A model generated the notes under the pieces. The model worked only from the letters and a program-made list of their open reading frames with translations, did no database searches and was not told where the DNA came from. The position numbers and the translations under genes are program-made. This document shows, piece by piece, positions 61,815 to 64,000 of a DNA stretch of 64,000 nt. The stretch comes from Terriglobia bacterium. Lineage in GTDB: Bacteria; Acidobacteriota; Terriglobia; UBA7540. The DNA is taken from positions 7,065 through 71,064 of the forward strand of contig DASYZE010000042.1 in NCBI GenBank assembly GCA_035946625.1, read 5' to 3'. The stretch's first letter is position 1. The number at the start of each line of letters is the position of its first letter.

Positions 61815-63278
61815 CTACTTTTCGATTCGGTGCAATTTAAGCAGGTTGGTGGTTCCCCGGCGGGAAATGGGAGTGCCGGCAATGACCGCAATAATGTCGC
61901 CGGGCTTGACCTCCCCTGATTTCCGAAGCCAGGCGGCCGCTTCCTCCACCATGCTGTCCGTTGATTGAACGGGCGGAAGATGAACGGGATGCACGCCCCA
62001 ATAAAGCGCAGTGCGGCGGGTAATTTCGAGCAAGGGCGAGAAGGCAAAGACGGGGACGCGCGGCCGGTATTTTGAGATCAGGCGGGCGCTCGATCCGGAC
62101 TGAGTGAAGACCGCAATGGCGCTGATGTTCAGCGCCTCCGTCATGTGGGCCACGCTCTCGCAAATGGATTCCGGAACCGTCATCGTGCCGCTCGTCGCGC
62201 GGCGGTTGCGACCGTGCCAGCCGTAACGCGGGCTGATTTCCGCCGCCGAAATAATTCGCGCCATCATGCGCACCGACTCAACCGGATATCGCCCGGAAGC
62301 GGTCTCGGCGGAAAGCATTACCGCGTCCGTGCCATCAAAAATGGCGTTGGCAACGTCCGAGGCTTCCGCGCGCGTAGGCCGGGGATTCACAGTCATCGAT
62401 TCGAGCATTTGCGTGGCGGTAATCACCGGCACCTTCATGGCGTTGGCGCGCTCGATCACGTGTTTCTGAATCACCGGAACTTTTTCGGGGGCCAATTCCA
62501 CGCCCAGATCGCCGCGCGCCACCATCACCGCATCAGCGACCTTCAGGATATCTTCCAGCCGGTCGATGGCTTCGGGTTTTTCAAGTTTGGCCACGACGTC
62601 GGGCCGCCGCTTGGCGCGCTTCAACAGCTTCTTCAGCTCCAAAACATCTTCCGGCCGCCGAACGAACGAAAGGGCAACGTAATCCACTCCATGTTCGAGC
62701 CCAAATTTCAGGTCCTCGCGGTCCTTATCCGTCAGAGCGGATATTTTGAGCGCAATGCCTGGAAGGTTGATTCCTTGGTGTTCGAGCAGAGTGCCGCCGC
62801 TCACCACCCGGCACTCAATGTCATTGCCCCTGAGCCGCTCCACGCAAAGCTCCATCAAGCCGTCTGCCAGCAAAATGCGGTTGCCAGCCTTAACTTCGCC
62901 GGGAAGTTCCTGGTAGTTGGTGGAAATCTCACGCGCGTCGCCCAGCCGGTGGCGGGTGGTGAGGGTCACTATGGAATGAGGGCGTAGTTCCACGGGCTGC
63001 CCGCCCTGGAGCGCGCCGGTGCGAATCTTGGGACCCTGAAGGTCCTGAAGCACGGCCAGGGTCTTGCCGCGTGCTTTGGCCAGGCGACGCAGCAGGGTGA
63101 GACGTGCGGCGTGTTCAGCGTGTGTCCCGTGCGAGAAATTCAGCCTGGCGATGTCCATTCCGGCATCGATGAGGGCTGCGAGACTTTGCGAGGTGTTCGT
63201 GGCCGGGCCCAAGGTGCAAACAATTTTCGCCCTCCGCTGTTCTACCGAATTGCCGGATGGAAAGAGTGCATTCTTCAT
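61815..63278 (-). CDS. pyk: pyruvate kinase
   Basis: RRAKIVCTLGPA, ARLNFSHG, MVARGDLGVE and the TQMLESM motif, with a C-terminal regulatory domain. Confidence 0.95.
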   Translation of the reverse strand: MKNALFPSGNSVEQRRAKIVCTLGPATNTSQSLAALIDAGMDIARLNFSHGTHAEHAARLTLLRRLAKARGKTLAVLQDLQGPKIRTGALQGGQPVELRPHSIVTLTTRHRLGDAREISTNYQELPGEVKAGNRILLADGLMELCVERLRGNDIECRVVSGGTLLEHQGINLPGIALKISALTDKDREDLKFGLEHGVDYVALSFVRRPEDVLELKKLLKRAKRRPDVVAKLEKPEAIDRLEDILKVADAVMVARGDLGVELAPEKVPVIQKHVIERANAMKVPVITATQMLESMTVNPRPTRAEASDVANAIFDGTDAVMLSAETASGRYPVESVRMMARIISAAEISPRYGWHGRNRRATSGTMTVPESICESVAHMTEALNISAIAVFTQSGSSARLISKYRPRVPVFAFSPLLEITRRTALYWGVHPVHLPPVQSTDSMVEEAAAWLRKSGEVKPGDIIAVIAGTPISRRGTTNLLKLHRIEK

Positions 63279-63345
63279 GTGTATTACGATGGATGGGCGG
63301 GAAACGCAAGAGAGGGACTGAAGTTGGGTCAGGCCGCCGATCGGA

Positions 63346-63822
63346 TTATAGATTCAAGAGATAGTCCGAAGGCGCCAGATTCCCGAACCGGACCGTGTTG
63401 ACTCGCTGCCCCACGACATTGGCGAAGTACTGCAAAATCGCCGTTAGGTTGACCAGGGCGCTCTTTTCTTTCAGCCGGATGGCGTGCCGCGTCACCAGGA
63501 CAAGGTAAACGGCTTGGAAGTACAACATAAGGATTTGCTCTTCCCAGGTGAAGCGTTGGTTGACATTGGCTGCGTTCTTCAACAAATAGGTGAGCGCCAG
63601 GTAATCGCATTTGAGCGTCATCCGGAAACGGGCATAGTCCACCGGCCCGTCATATTCCTCCAAAGCCTTTCGGACTGAAGGAAACTCGAGACGGTTGGCA
63701 TGCACGATGGACTGAAAATAATCCTGTTGGAATTTTCTCCGCAGGATCTTTTGACAGGTGGTCTGGAGGTAGAACAGGAACAACGCGCTCGAGACGATGA
63801 GAATCAAGGATGCAAGAATCAT
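63346..63822 (-). CDS. hypothetical N-terminally anchored protein (158 aa)
   Basis: MILASLILIVSSALFLFYL TM anchor, then a helical domain. No family recognised. ATG 63822 is preferred over 63954. Confidence 0.45.
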   Translation of the reverse strand: MILASLILIVSSALFLFYLQTTCQKILRRKFQQDYFQSIVHANRLEFPSVRKALEEYDGPVDYARFRMTLKCDYLALTYLLKNAANVNQRFTWEEQILMLYFQAVYLVLVTRHAIRLKEKSALVNLTAILQYFANVVGQRVNTVRFGNLAPSDYLLNL

Positions 63823-64000
63823 TTTACCCTCAATACAAACACTCTTTACCCTGGCACCCTGGCAGGAACCATCTCGCCGGATGCGGGCACACGGGCAGTT
63901 GCAGGCTTTCGAGTAACAGCATAAGACCAGATTAATAGCATTCCCAAAGTGCAAAGGGGACCAATGAAATCCATCAACATCTCGGTAAAACCGCTTGTGG

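Overview
GC-rich bacterial chromosomal segment. Gene content suggests Acidobacteriota, but that is inference only (CarboxypepD_reg-type TonB receptor, TAT-exported Gfo/Idh/MocA enzyme, split HldE, many TTG/GTG starts). It is mostly core genome: murein recycling (anmK), tsaC, rpsU, mtaB, and an LPS inner-core/heptose operon (waaA-lpxK-waaF-gmhB-hldA-hldC-waaC). Then come comEC, an rlmD-like gene, coaX-birA and valS. A roughly 15 kb single-strand respiratory string follows: Rieske / split cytochrome b / 1074-aa octaheme cytochrome c / amicyanin-like lipoprotein / aa3 oxidase ctaCDE(E)F / ctaA / ctaB / DUF420. After that: crcB-DUF190 behind a fluoride riboswitch, a heptaheme-TPR protein, tRNA-Arg(ACG), citrate synthase, an OPT transporter, a rhomboid protease, a TonB-dependent receptor behind a cobalamin riboswitch, and pyruvate kinase. 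No CRISPR array, rRNA, transposase or integrase was seen. Four things seem most worth a second look. (1) A recurrent gene-punctuation architecture: intergenic and intercistronic spacers are bracketed by inverted, stuttering 6-8 nt words, and a small vocabulary of words is shared between distant loci. (2) The bc-type complex has an octaheme c subunit and a lipid-anchored cupredoxin placed next to an aa3 oxidase whose subunit II has no fused cytochrome c. (3) Three paralogues of a PilZ / 4-Cys zinc-ribbon / PilZ protein occur, two of them divergently paired. (4) Two riboswitches are invisible to the ORF track. All functional calls rest on motif recognition by eye; no searches were run.
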